This document shows positions 22,484 through 34,755 of a DNA stretch of 64,000 nt, piece after piece. Each line of letters starts with the position of its first letter. Within the stretch, counting starts at the first letter, position 1. The notes beneath the pieces are model-generated. The model had not been told where the DNA came from and made no database searches. It saw nothing but the letters and a program-made list of their open reading frames with translations. A program made the translations under genes and the position numbers. Source of the DNA: Octopus bimaculoides (Eukaryota); the NCBI RefSeq assembly GCF_001194135.2, contig NC_068981.1, forward strand, positions 2,680,952 to 2,744,951, given 5' to 3'.

Positions 22484-24419
22484 ATATGTATGTGTGTGTG
22501 TTTAAGATCTGTCTGTAAAATGACTTTATCTCCGGATTGAGTAGAACTAGAATCCGAATCATTTCAGCAGTGAAAATCCATGTTTTTAGAAGTAAACAAG
22601 ATTGCTTTATTCAATGTAGCCTTTTCTTTCCAAAGACTACTGGATGTAATTTGAGTGATATTTGGCTGCTATTTCTAGGTGTAGGTTGAACAATAAAGTA
22701 ATGACTCCTCCATTGGCTTACACATCTGAGTAGTCATTTTCATAATGAAAGTTGTAAAGTCATATTACAAGAATTCACAAAATATGCAAAATATTGCTGA
22801 TCTCACTCTCCATTATCTACTATATACTGTAAATAGGAATTTTTAACATTCTTACTTGCTTACTGTTATTGTTACTTTTCTTTGCTTTTCATGATTTCTA
22901 TTTATATTTATCTGTGTTATATATTTTGCACTGTTTGCATAGAATAATATATAACTTTTTTACACTGTTGTTAAGTTACTGAACACATTGTTGCGTTGGC
23001 ACACATCTAGGTCTTCATTGTTAAACAGCGCCTACTGTACTTGTGCAAATATTTCTTGAGTGATAGGTGTTGTTTAGCCCCAGGTTGAACCTGATGGAGC
23101 AGTCTTTATTATCAAAGGCATTTCTGCTGTCCCATATGCTTTTTTTTTAAAACACAGAATTGTGATTTGAGAAATTTAGCTGCTGTTTCAAACAGAAAGA
23201 GAGGGACTACAGTGAGCACTGGTTCCCAGCCTTTTTAATATCTGGTCCAAATCCCAAACCTGGATTTTTTTTAGGGGTGGGGGGATTGTGCTAGAAAAGT
23301 AAAACACAAGTCCATTAAAGAAAAATTTACTGTATTTATAGAGGGAAGACGGTCAGGGGCTGCTGGAAGGATGCTTGAGGGCCACATGCTGTCCTGGAAG
23401 CCGCATTTGAGAACTGCTGATGTAAAGGCTCTTGTTGACTAATGTCTCTCTTGTTACAGAGAGTCTCTTTGTAGTGGAATATCTATTTTTTGCTATTTAT
23501 TGTTCCTCCCTTTTTCTCCAATCTCTTCATTTTCACTGACCACTGTCTTTGAGTTTTTCCGACTCTGATCTATGTCTCCACATACTCTGTGGAAACTTCT
23601 TATTGGGTTTACAGCTATCCTTATAGCAAAGGATTGGTATGAGTCCTACATTTGGTTGCCTACTATTTGTATCTAACTGTTTTTTATTTGCCTAACGTTG
23701 CAAAGAAAAATGGAACTGAGGTTAATAAACAACAGGAATTATCCTGGGAAGTTGTTGACCTCTGGCTGGACCTATGATTTTTTTTTTCTTCAGACTAAAG
23801 GTGAATTTGTAGTTGTTTGCAAAGATTCTTGGTAAACATCTGAAAACCCTTAGAATGGATTGCCATTTGTAAATTATCATTCTTTGACCCTAGCCTGAAG
23901 AGACTTGGCCTTTAGGAGGTAACCAGCTAAGTTGGAAAGTATTCCATCGTTTCTAGTGTAGGTACATACTATTTCTTATGGTAATGAGGCTGTATGAGAA
24001 GTAAATAGTCAAATGCAGAATATGAATGCAGAGAAAAGGATGTAATTTTGTTCTACCTTTATTTATGACTGACAATGCACCCCAGCATTACCCAGGTGTT
24101 ATGACCTACAGCCACATTGTATTATTTGTTCCTTTCTTATGGGCAGAATCAGCACACTAGATGTATATCTCAATCTACTTGACTTCCAACAATTAACAAT
24201 TGTAATTCGAAGTTGAATGGTTAGCAGTAAGAAAGATGTCCAGATTTCTTAAAGGCAGAATTGCCTCCCTCAGCTAAAGACCTCACAATTGTGCAACCTG
24301 ACCTCGTTTTTGAGGTTATTTTTGTAGTAAAAAAGAGCTGTTGTGCAAAAAGCATACTTTATTTGGTAGCTGAAAGATTACTGAATCGTTTGGCAACTCA
24401 GTTTTCAAATCCATAAGGA

Positions 24420-24457
24420 ACGTGCGCACGCGCGCACACATGCACACACACACACGT

Positions 24458-24494
<37 letters not shown>
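24420..24494. repeat. (CA)n microsatellite, followed by a degenerate SINE A fragment (minus) to ~24625
   Basis: Direct reading. Confidence 0.9.
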
Positions 24495-24496
<2 letters not shown>

Positions 24497-26131
24497 TTTG
24501 TTGTGCAAAAAGTGTCAAATTTTGGCTGAAAAGATCAGTTCTATACTCTACTGGTATTTCTTTTATCAACCCAGAAGGATGAGAGACAAAGTTAATTTTG
24601 GCCACATCTGCACTTAGAACGTATAGGTACACTTAAATACTTCAAGATATTTTATCTGTAACTCCTCATATTTTGCCAGTCCATCTTAAATATTAAAAGA
24701 AAATGTACTAACTCACACAGTTCTAAAAATAAGTGGTATCGTTTAAATAAAATGCACTAAATCCACTTAGATAAAGGACTTCAATTTTACTATTATTTGT
24801 AAGTTGTGTCACCTGTCAATGTGTGAAACATTAGTAATGTGAAAAGGGTGGAACATTGAAGTAACAATGGAAGCAAATTTCATTTCAGGCAATGAAGCTA
24901 AATTAATGTGACTTTAGTGATTTCATATGAAATACAGCTGGACTGTTATAAAAATGTCATCATAGCAGTGATATGAGCTTTAAGTAATTCCAAATATGTG
25001 ACCAACAAGAATGTTATATATTTTTGGTATGGAAATATATTTATAATTAGAGGTTACTTGACTCACCTATGAAATAATATCTCTACAAGAAATATTAATA
25101 TAATCTATTTTAGGGTTCTTCTTTTTGTGTATGACTCGGTTGTATGACCTTCCTTGTCTAATGTCTGTGCCATGTGCCAGTGTCAGCTTTGGCATGGTTT
25201 CTAAATGATGGATGCTCTTAATGCCAACCATTTTCATGTCACTGGCACATGAGGTCACCAAGTAGCTTGCAAGACAGAAAGAACAAGAAAACGAAAAGCC
25301 TCTTCAGCTAACCCTAACCCTAATGGAGAGGGAGAGGTGGCTTCATGCCAGATGTTTGGGGGTTAAAGTCTGATAGAAGGACGATGTATGTCTACATTTG
25401 GGTCTCTAGCCCATTATATTCCCGTTATATTACACTCTCCTAGTGAGAGACTGCATTGGACCTAATTCCCCTCTATCCTATCTCAACATCTGTGTAATGA
25501 TGGACTGCATCAGACTGGACTGTATTTGATACACCCTTCCATTACCCTTCTGCACTGCTAGCTATCATTCCTCCTACCTCATGTCACTCATTATTGGCAC
25601 CCATCACTTTTCTTACCATTGTTTAGCTCTATTACTAACAAGCTCTCTCTTATTAGCTAACATAAAACTACCATCACTGTCTCTCTTCCATTACTTTCTC
25701 CTCTAACTCTTTCTTGCGCTGATCACTTTCTCCTAACATACTCTCTCTTTTTATCCCTCACACTTATGTTCTGTCATCACTAGTTAATTTGTAGGTCATG
25801 TTGCCTTGAACAAATAGAAACAATATAGCGAGCAATATTTAGTCTTCCAGGGTTCCTAGACAAGATAGGATCAAGAGAACCAGTTAGTCCTGCTTCTCTA
25901 GTGCTGGCACCACAAAGAAGAACAAAACTACATTCTAAGTGTTTGGTATTATGAAGGATATCCAGTTGTGGAAACATGCTCTTTGCATTAAATATATTAA
26001 CATTAACTTAACCATTAAAGTAGTATAAGAATTATAATGTAAGGTGAATGGTCAGAAAACTACTTTTAGTTCTGTTGATTAAAATCTAGAATGTTAATTT
26101 TATGAGGATATGGCAGAGTAATTTGGAGAGT

Positions 26132-27090
26132 CATCATCATCATTTAATGTCTGTTTTCCATGCTAGCATGGGTTGGACGGTTCGACCGGGGACTGGGAGG
26201 CCAGGAGGCTGCACCAGGCTCCAGTCTGATCTGGCAGTGTTTCTACAGCTAGATGCCCTTCCTAATGTCAACCATTCCGTGAGTGTAGTGGGTGCTTTTT
26301 ACATGCCACCGGCACAGGGACCAGAGGAGGCTGGCAACCACCATGATTGGTTGGTGCTTTTTATGTGCCACCAGCACGGAAGCCAGTCAAGACCACCTCA
26401 TCCCATGTCTTCCTGGATCTACCTCTACCTCGGATTCCTTCAACTGTTTGGGCGTGGCACTTCTTCACACATCTCTCTTCATCCATCCGTAGTACATGAC
26501 CATACCAGCGCAAACGTCTCTCTTGCATGCCACATTCGATGCTTCTTATGTCCAACATTTCTCTCAGGGTGCTTACACTCTGTTGTGTGCACACTGATTT
26601 TACACATCCAGCAGATCATGCTAGCTTCATTTCTTTCAAGCCTACACATGTCCTCTGCAGTCACGGCCCATGTTTCACTGCTGTGTAGCATGGCAGTTCG
26701 CACACATGCATCATACAATCTACCTTTCACTCTGAGCGAGAAGCCCTTTGTCACCAGTAGGGGTAGAAGCTTTCTAAACTTTGCCCAGGCTATTCTTATT
26801 CTAGTGGTAACACTCTCTGAGCATCCACCCCCCACTACTAGCTTGGTCACCTAGGTAGCTGAAGCTATCTTCTCGGTTAATCTTCCTTTGATGTTGCTGC
26901 ACCTCTTATGTGGCCATAGCTTACACTGGGTACATCTTATGTAGTTTCTGCCTACACCTTTTCTACACATCGAGCAGGGCCACCTACCTGAGCAGGTGTG
27001 TGATGTGTTCGCCTTCCTACTTACTAGAACTTTGCTCTTTGCTACATTGACTTGATTCTAAACCTTGCTTCCATTGGCCTTTTGATTCTA
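26132..27090 (-). mobile_element. RTE LINE 3' portion (post-RT region, PHD-like Cys motif, C-terminus, UTR, (GAT)n tail) with internal deletions
   Basis: Minus strand: WPCSMCRKGVGRNYIRCTQCKLWPHKRC; DSFSYLGD..GGGCSESVTTRIRIAWAKFRKLLPLL; RRLRWYGHVLRMDEERCVKK...RGRGRSRKTWDEVV fused to the UTR. Confidence 0.93.
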
Positions 27091-27096
27091 AACCTA

Positions 27097-28258
27097 ATCC
27101 CATAAATAATGGGTTTTTTTTTAATTGCATGAACTAAAAGTCGGTAGGGGATGGGATAAACTACCTGTATCAACCTGCTATAAAAGCAGGTAATAATTTT
27201 ACCTTGTCCTTATTTTTAGTGCAAGTTTTGAAGTGTGTAGTTTGATTTTAAGTTCTTTTCAAAGCTATAATGGAAGTGACAAAACAGCATATTTGGCATA
27301 TTTTGCTTTATGAGTTCAATAAAGGCAACAATGCAATGGAAAGTGCGAGGAATATCAATGCAGTATATGGGGATCAGACAATAAGTGTAAGCCAGTGTCA
27401 AGGGTGGTTCCAGAAATTCCAGCCTAGAATTCCAAACTATAGCCTAGAAGACGAGCCTCGTCCTGGAAGATCTGTAAAGCTCAATGAGGATGTCCTGCAA
27501 ACCCTGGTGGAACAAAATCCCATTGTAACTGCTGATGAACTAGCAGAGAAGCTTACATTTGGTCATTCAATCATTCATCAACACCTGTGTGCCATCGGAA
27601 AAGTCTGCAAATTGTGTCAATGGGTTCCTCACAAACTTTCCGAGTCTAATCGCGTGCAGTGAGTGAATGTGCACTCTTCTTTGATGTCATGTCTCATGAA
27701 TGAACCTTTTTTGGACTGAATAAGTGACTGGTGACAAGAAATGGGTTCTCTATGAAATGTCAAGCACCGAAGACCGTGTGTAGGGAAAGGAGAAACACCA
27801 GCACCCCAGGCTAAAGAAGGTCTTCACCCACGTAAAATGTTATCAGTTTGGTGGGGTATGAAAGGTTTAGTTCACTTTGAACTTTTAAACCCAAACCAAA
27901 CACTAACAAAAGAGATCTGAGCAGCTTGGGCAGCTTAAGTAAGTGCTAGAAGAAAAACATCCATGTTTGAATGGGAAACGATGCCCCATCCACCATATTT
28001 GCTGCACATTTCCCCATCTGATTATCATTTATTCCACAGTTTTCAAAATCATTTAGACAGAAAAAATATGAATTCTGTAGACCAGGTCAGAACAGTACTG
28101 GAGGAGTATTTTTCATCATGAACAAGTGAATTTAGAAGAGGAGCCTTACAAGTTTACCAGATAAATGGAAGAGCATTGTAAAAAAAAAAATTTCATCTTA
28201 ATTTTGAAAAATAAAAGAAGTATAAAAAAAAACACATTATTTAAATGATGACCCAATA
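27097..28258 (+). mobile_element. Decayed mariner transposon (second subfamily)
   Basis: ORF 27270..27662 is a mariner HTH region ending WVPHKL; downstream VTGDKKW and PSDYHLF remnants; right TIR attatttaaatgatgacccaa+TA; left TIR truncated (atcccataaataatg). Confidence 0.92.
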
Positions 28259-28497
28259 TATACATATTATTATTTTCACTATTCTTCGTATTAAGTGAAT
28301 ATAGATAAAATCATAATCATTCTTTCGACAGTTTATTGAGAACTAAATATAGGTTAAGATAATTAAAATTAAGTTTCAAATGAAATTTTTATTTCTTTTT
28401 ACTAATTTTACTATTAAAGGATTTCATAAAAATAAATCAAAATAAAAATGAATATTCCTTTCCAAATCAGAACTGGAGTAATATAAATTACTGACAT

Positions 28498-28711
28498 TGA
28501 GGTGGCGAGCTGGCAGAAACGTTAGCATGCCGGGCAAAATGCTTAGCGGTATTTTGACTTTATGTTTTGAGTTCAAATTGCATCGAGGTCAGCTTTGCCT
28601 TTCATCCTTTCAGGGTCGATAAATCAAGTACCAGTTGCATACTGGGTTGATCTAATCGACTTCCCCGCCTCCTCCCTAAAAATTTCGGGCCTTGTGCCTA
28701 GAATAGAAAAG
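28498..28711 (+). mobile_element. Full-length SINE family A with 18-bp TSD
   Basis: A box tggcagaaacgttag, B box gagttcaaatt; TSD aatataaattactgacat (28480-28497) / aatataaattactggcat (28712-28729). Confidence 0.93.
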
Positions 28712-29287
28712 AATATAAATTACTGGCATATTTATCATCAATTTTTATCTAATCTTCTTTCATTTCATAATTTATTAGTGAGACAGTGGGCTCTGGTACT
28801 ATTTCTTTCTTATTATGACTTTTAATTCTCTCACCTGGTCTAACTTCTTTACTTCATATCTTCCTTGACCTTGTAGCAAACAACCATCAACATATTTTTT
28901 CTCATATAGTGTTTGTTTGTTCTTTTTGTTATAGTCTTGCTTCAACGACTGTTATTAACACTCAATTATTTTTTCATACTGCCCTCTCACTCAACCTATA
29001 TTTCCTATGTAATGTGTTATAATACATTAGGCTCAATTTATTTTTCTCCAGCTGTTGGGAAGTGCCCATACTACACAGTAAGGTCTTGTTTATGTAATAC
29101 TGCTACATGAAAGACTTAACTCAAATGAGATTATCCCAGCATTTAGTAGACAAAAACTTCCTGTTGAGTGTTTGAAGTCTGAAAACAGCAAGTAATGGAA
29201 TTACTTCAATAAGATCAGTTGATAGACATTTTTGGAAATACAAACAATGCAGATTGGAGTGTATCTAGGACTTCATTATCTGGATAA

Positions 29288-29715
29288 TCATCATCATCAT
29301 CGTTTAACATCTGCTTTCCATGCTAGCATGGGCTGGATGATTTGACTGAGGACTGGCGAACCAGAAGGCTGCACCAGGCTCCAATCTGATCTGGCAGAGT
29401 TTCTACAGCTGGATGCCCTTTCTAATGCCAACCACTTCGAGAGTGTAGTGGGTGCTTTTACGTGCCACCAGCACGAGGGTCAGTCAGGTGGTACTGGCAA
29501 CAGCTACACTCAAAATGGTGTTTTTTACGTGCCACCTGCACAGGAGCTAGTCCAGTGGCACTGGCAACGACCTCGCTCGAATGTTTTTTCACGTGCCAGT
29601 AAGGCGACGCTGGTAATGATTACGCTCAAATGGTGCTATTTATGTGCCACTGGCATGGAAGCCAGACAGTTGCTCCATCAATGATCACGCTTGGACGGTG
29701 CTGTTAGCGCTCCAC
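29288..29715 (-). mobile_element. RTE 3' UTR/tail copy with tandem hairpin units
   Basis: (CAT)n cgtttaac...gagtgtagtgggtgcttttacgtgccacc plus repeated units. Confidence 0.88.
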
Positions 29716-30904
29716 TGTAGCTGTTTTCTATGGATGAGAAAGATAGTCACCTGCTAGCAAATACCTGTGTATCATCAGCTTAACTTGGAATAAACTATTG
29801 AGACATACCAGCTATCACTTGCAGCCCATAAACAGTCTGAATTTAAATATGATGTTAAAAGTGAAGGCAAAATGAATGAGAAATCTCTTGTTACTAGAAT
29901 GGTATTTTCATAATTCCAAAAGGAATTGAACTCTGTACTGCAAATTAATAAATCACTTTAAAGTACAGCTTTTGCTTAGTGTGAGGATTTCTTCAAACAC
30001 TACATTACTTATTTCAAGATAGGTGGACTGAGGCTATTGATGAGTCTCTTTCTTGGCCATAGACACACTATAAACTGCCAACCTTTCAACTGGTTGTCTG
30101 GTAACTTATCTCTGTGGCCATTTGTGCACTCGCAAAGATACTAAAGGAGAAAATTTAGCCACTTATATGTAGCTATATAAAACAAAATTATTTAAACATC
30201 ACAGATTAATCCATTGTAATGAGAAAATTTGAGATATCCCTTTTGTAATGTACATTCATTTATGAATTTTAATGTAAATGCTAAACAGATATCTGTTGTT
30301 AACTTATTACCAACATACTTTAATCTTTATTGAAATTATAAAAAAAATATATATATATTGCTAAAAACCATTTCCCAAGATCTAAAGCTGTAAAATAAAT
30401 TTCAAAACTTAAATGAAATCCTGTCCTAAGTTTATTTCTTTTATAAGTAGACCCCATGAAAGAATAAATAGAGAGATAAACATTTGTTTTACTTTATACT
30501 TAAATACATGCTAGGCAACTTTTCTTTGGATATTGTTGATGCGAAGTAACGCTCCATTTCCTCAAATAACGATGCTTATAATGACTAACAACCCAGTGAA
30601 ATTTGTTATTTGTGATACATGAGGCATGCAGAACAAAATAATGTCTTTTGTTATATTGAATTAGTTTTTTGATGCATCTACTGATTTCACTGGACAATAA
30701 ACAACAGCTGAATAAACAAAACAGCTTTGTTTGGTTGTATGAATGTTGTTTTATTTTGCTTTTTTTAGATATATATTTTGTTTCAGAGGGAGTTGATAGA
30801 GCCCATATACTTTATAGGCCTGTTAGGTTGTGGGATCTGAATCTAAAAATACTAAAAAAAAACTTAGCCGTCACTCACAAGTAAATATAACCTAGTAGCT
30901 TGTA

Positions 30905-31240
30905 CTGTTACTTTCTAAAGCCTTTTGCTCCCTATAGAGCATGGGCCTTTGTTGACTTTTCTCCACTTTTCTTGACTCTGGATTGTTCCTCTCCCAGGGT
31001 TTGTTGGTTCCGAAATGTCAATGATGCTTCTGCAACTTTGCTTTTTCTTTCTTTGATAGTTGGCCCTATGCAAACCTATTTTTACCCCATTGAAGAGGTC
31101 CATACTAGTCTGTCCTCTGTCCTGCCTAGTATGATGAGCAGCCCTGCCAGGTGCTTGCACTCCACTGGCATAGCTTTCAGGCTTACTGAGGCTCAAAATC
31201 CATCACACTGCAACAAGCATTGGACCTTGTGGTGGTAGCC
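30905..31240 (-). mobile_element. RTE-clade LINE C-terminal fragment (different family)
   Basis: ORF 30915..31196 ends ..SQEKWRKVNKGPCSIGSKRL*, typical of an RTE C-terminus. Confidence 0.6.
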
Positions 31241-31679
31241 TGTACCATGTTTTCACTAATTGTTTTAGATGCTTATATAGTTGCAAGTAAATAGCCCTCG
31301 ATTAAGTGGAATGTGACAGCTGGAGGAGAAAGAAGGCTGCACCAGCAGTCAACTGGTCCCTATTTTCAGGTGAATAAACTGGAGCAATGTGACATGATGT
31401 ACCTTACTCAAGGACACAACTCCTGCCTAAGCCCAGTTCCCTAACCACCAGACCATGCTACATCACATGTGGAATAATGATGATGATGATTAATTAATAT
31501 ATCAGGAAACTTAAACGTATCAGTACTACAAAATATTGCTTCCATGGGTACTGCACACATTGTCAACCTGAAAATACTTGATTCTCTTTCAAAACTGAAA
31601 TATTACAAATTTAACAGAATCTTAGTTATCAGATTCTGATCTGCTTCCTCTACAATATATTATTGTTAATCATAACATC

Positions 31680-32240
31680 CATAGTAAAATGTCCAACTTT
31701 CTGTTGTTAGTTGAGGTCTCTGGGTGAGATTTGGAGCAGCTTGTATTAAACAAAGCAACTATAATGCAAACATCAGGCATATACCATACTCTGAACGCCT
31801 TGCTTCCCTGGTCATAGATACATTGAAGCTCCGACGTTTGGCAACTGACTTGGTAAACGCCTGCAAAATTATTAACCATTGTACCAACAACCACCTTGAA
31901 CACCTTTTTGAGCTCCATGTGTCTAACATACATGGGATATGCCTACTGTCTGAAAACAGCACAGCTCCCATGACTTTCACACTCGGAGTTGCTGAAGCAT
32001 GGAACAAACTACCTGCATCAGTTGTTAGTTGCGAAGACATTGCGTTCCTTTAAAACCTCCATTTCCTGAAATTCATCAACACTACACCTGATATCCTACC
32101 CGCCATACACATGCACACATATATATTATGACTCATACACTGTTCACTTTCCTGTCATTAGTACACAATTCTATGTACTGTACATGCACCTTTGATGAGC
32201 TGTAGTGCACCTGAGCACTATACACAATAATTTCATTATA
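31680..32240 (+). mobile_element. CR1 LINE 3' end with UTR
   Basis: PYSERLASLVIDTLKLRRLATDLVNACKII...AWNKLPASVV. Confidence 0.85.
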
Positions 32241-32455
32241 ATAATAATTCAAAGTTTTGACACCACACGAGCGATTTTGATGGGGGAGACGGGAACCACT
32301 TACCACTCAAGTGGTACTTATTTCGTCGACCCCCAAAAGGATGAAAGGTAAAGTTGACCTCGGCGTATTTGAACTCAAAGCATAAAGCCAGAAGAAATGC
32401 TGCTGAGCATTTTTCCCCCGTCGTGCTAACGATTCTGCCAGTTTGTCGCCTTAAT
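32240..32455 (-). mobile_element. SINE family A
   Basis: aaggatgaaaggtaaagttgacctcggcgtatttgaactc...gtgctaacgattctgccag. Confidence 0.85.
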
Positions 32456-32479
32456 AAATTTTGAAAAGAAACAAAATCG

Positions 32480-32640
32480 AGGACCTTTACTGGGAACGCC
32501 TCTGTGCATTGCGTCTCTACTCTTTGGAAAGCCTGCAAGAATTGTATGCCATAGTATATATGTAGAAAATTCTCGAAAATCTTTTTATGAACCCTTATAC
32601 GAGAAGGGGAAATAAGAAGAATGGGAGGTACTATTGGGTC
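32480..32640 (+). mobile_element. CR1 LINE fragment
   Basis: YWERLCALRLYSLE...YAIVYM*KILENL motif. Confidence 0.6.
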
Positions 32641-33384
32641 CTAAACTCCCTTCCTCGAACTCTTACACCAACCTTTATACCATTTTGGTTGTTCCAAGTT
32701 TCTCGAAGAGGATTACGAAACATGACCAAAATTTCCCCCCACGGCTACAATTAAAGCAGACCATATCTATCAATTCGTTGATCATGTATTGTCAATGCGA
32801 TGTACTCTGAAAAACGAAAGAGAAACCTTTAATTTCTGGATATATGCAGACGACACAACAGACAAGACCCTGGAAGCAGTGACCTTTGTAAAAGGAGTCA
32901 AAAATAGAATATGGATGTGTACGTTCATCCTTATATTCCTGCGCACTTGTACGTGTGTAAATGGTTCTTGTCTGTTAGGTATCGTATCAGAGAATGATTT
33001 CTCCATGTATACGCTATGCATTAAAAGATTATTCTTTATACAAGGGAAATAACTTTTCTGACTCAGTCCATGTGAAAATCTTCCCTGCCTAACTTGATAT
33101 CAAAATCATATCAAAGTTTCTACAAAGAAAATATCACCAACCTTATATTTTGAAGTGAACTAAATGGCCATTTTTAAATACTTTTATTAATTGTGAATTC
33201 GTTTCAATTAGAAATAAAATAGAATTTGTTTTTAGTTATTAGCCATTTCGTTACTATATTTATAAACAAAATACACCCCTTGTGTGTTTCAATTAAATTC
33301 TAAAATAATCGTTAATTTAGACTGGTTTATTAAAACAGCTCTAACTTGTGTATTTATCAACATATTGTGACTTTTTGAAACATA

Positions 33385-33650
33385 ATTTAACAAAGCTTTT
33401 TAATATTCTCCCAAAGAGCCTGAGGTACCTACACAAAGTGGATGTAGGTGTTCTCAAATCAAAACTGGAGCTCTTCCTGTCGAGAGTCCCAGATGAACCT
33501 ACCTCACAGCAGGAGGTGCAAATGAGGGTTGCGACATCAAATTCCCTTATTCACCAAATGCCACATATTAGAGAAGGCTCTCAATAATAACAGTGTAGCA
33601 AAACGGCAGTGCCCCAGCATGGCCATAGCTTCGAGCTGAAACTGATTAAA
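33385..33650 (+). mobile_element. CR1 LINE extreme 3' end with tail shared with SINE family B
   Basis: KLFNILPKSLR...KSKLELFLSRVPDEP...ATSNSLIHQ, then ggcagtgccccagcatggccatagc...ctgaaac and an A-rich tail. Confidence 0.85.
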
Positions 33651-33997
33651 AAAAAAAAACAGAAGAAAAGGGTTCTTAACCAAATCTGTTTCATAATTTA
33701 TGTCTGAAAGTGAATCTAATTACAGGTAAATTTAACAAAATATAAAATTATTTAAATTTTATTTAAGCATCAGCATAGAAAATGAGTTAGTCAATGAGTA
33801 TTGTGCAAATTACTGGATTATTTTACAGTTGAACTTAATGCACAAAATACAATTATACCATAAAGGTAAATCTCACTTCCACTATATTCAGAATATTAAT
33901 AATAATACTGTGTGTGTGTGTGTATACACACACACACACACACAGAGTAAAACTTTAAGATTCAAATAACTTTTTTTATGAATCCTTTAGGTTACCT

Positions 33998-34078
33998 CTG
34001 ATGAGAGAAATATAGATGATTGTTGTGGCTGGAATTAACTCGCCCATACCAACCTATATCTTCTCAAAACGGCCATCA
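33998..34078 (+). ncRNA. Decayed hammerhead ribozyme-like motif with extended stem II
   Basis: CTGATGA, stem II gagaa-atatag / ctatat-c-ttctc, then AAAAC-GGCC-ATC (two G-to-A CpG changes from GAAACGGCCGT). Confidence 0.45.
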
Positions 34079-34236
34079 TACTCTACACCTGCTCAAGATT
34101 CCATTTAAAATCATTTTATACCAACTTTCTCATCTATTTGGATAATCGCTATACATTCACCATCCGCATATTTAATATCCTCATTGATTTTAATACAGAC
34201 ATACAACCTTGCAAGTACATTTCTCTGTATATATAT

Positions 34237-34544
34237 NNNNNNNNNNNNNNNNNNNNNNNNNNNNNNNNNNNNNNNNNNNNNNNNNNNNNNNNNNNNNNNN
34301 NNNNNNNNNNNNNNNNNNNNNNNNNNNNNNNNNNNNNNNNNNNNNNNNNNNNNNNNNNNNNNNNNNNNNNNNNNNNNNNNNNNNNNNNNNNNNNNNNNNN
34401 NNNNNNNNNNNNNNNNNNNNNNNNNNNNNNNNNNNNNNNNNNNNNNNNNNNNNNNNNNNNNNNNNNNNNNNNNNNNNNNNNNNNNNNNNNNNNNNNNNNN
34501 NNNNNNNNNNNNNNNNNNNNNNNNNNNNNNNNNNNNNNNNNNNN
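34237..34544. other. Assembly gap (308 N) within (TA)n
   Basis: N run flanked by TA repeats. Confidence 1.
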
Positions 34545-34718
34545 TATATATATATATATAACTGTCCGAAATGGTCGTGACTTCTGGTACTTGACTGAAG
34601 AAAGAAAGTCAAGAACGACCCATCTTTTTTGCCTGTCCTTCTAATTGTTGTTTCTCTTGTCTGCCTTTGTGTCGTCTACCTATCCGAACATTTTAATGCC
34701 CTCTATTGCGTTTTTGTT

Positions 34719-34755
<37 letters not shown>

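Noticed and set aside
23219-23420. Degenerate hAT MITE
   Set aside because: TIR-like ends are weak and there is no matching 8-bp TSD.
25308-25322. Telomere-like (CTAACC)2 run
   Set aside because: Only about two units inside a degenerate repeat; compatible with chance.
26102-26854. Longest ORF (250 aa, plus strand)
   Set aside because: Antisense to the RTE fragment; no protein features.
27270-27662. Domesticated mariner DNA-binding gene (SETMAR-like)
   Set aside because: Lies in a TIR-bounded element with a stop right after WVPHKL and a decayed catalytic domain; no splice or selection evidence.
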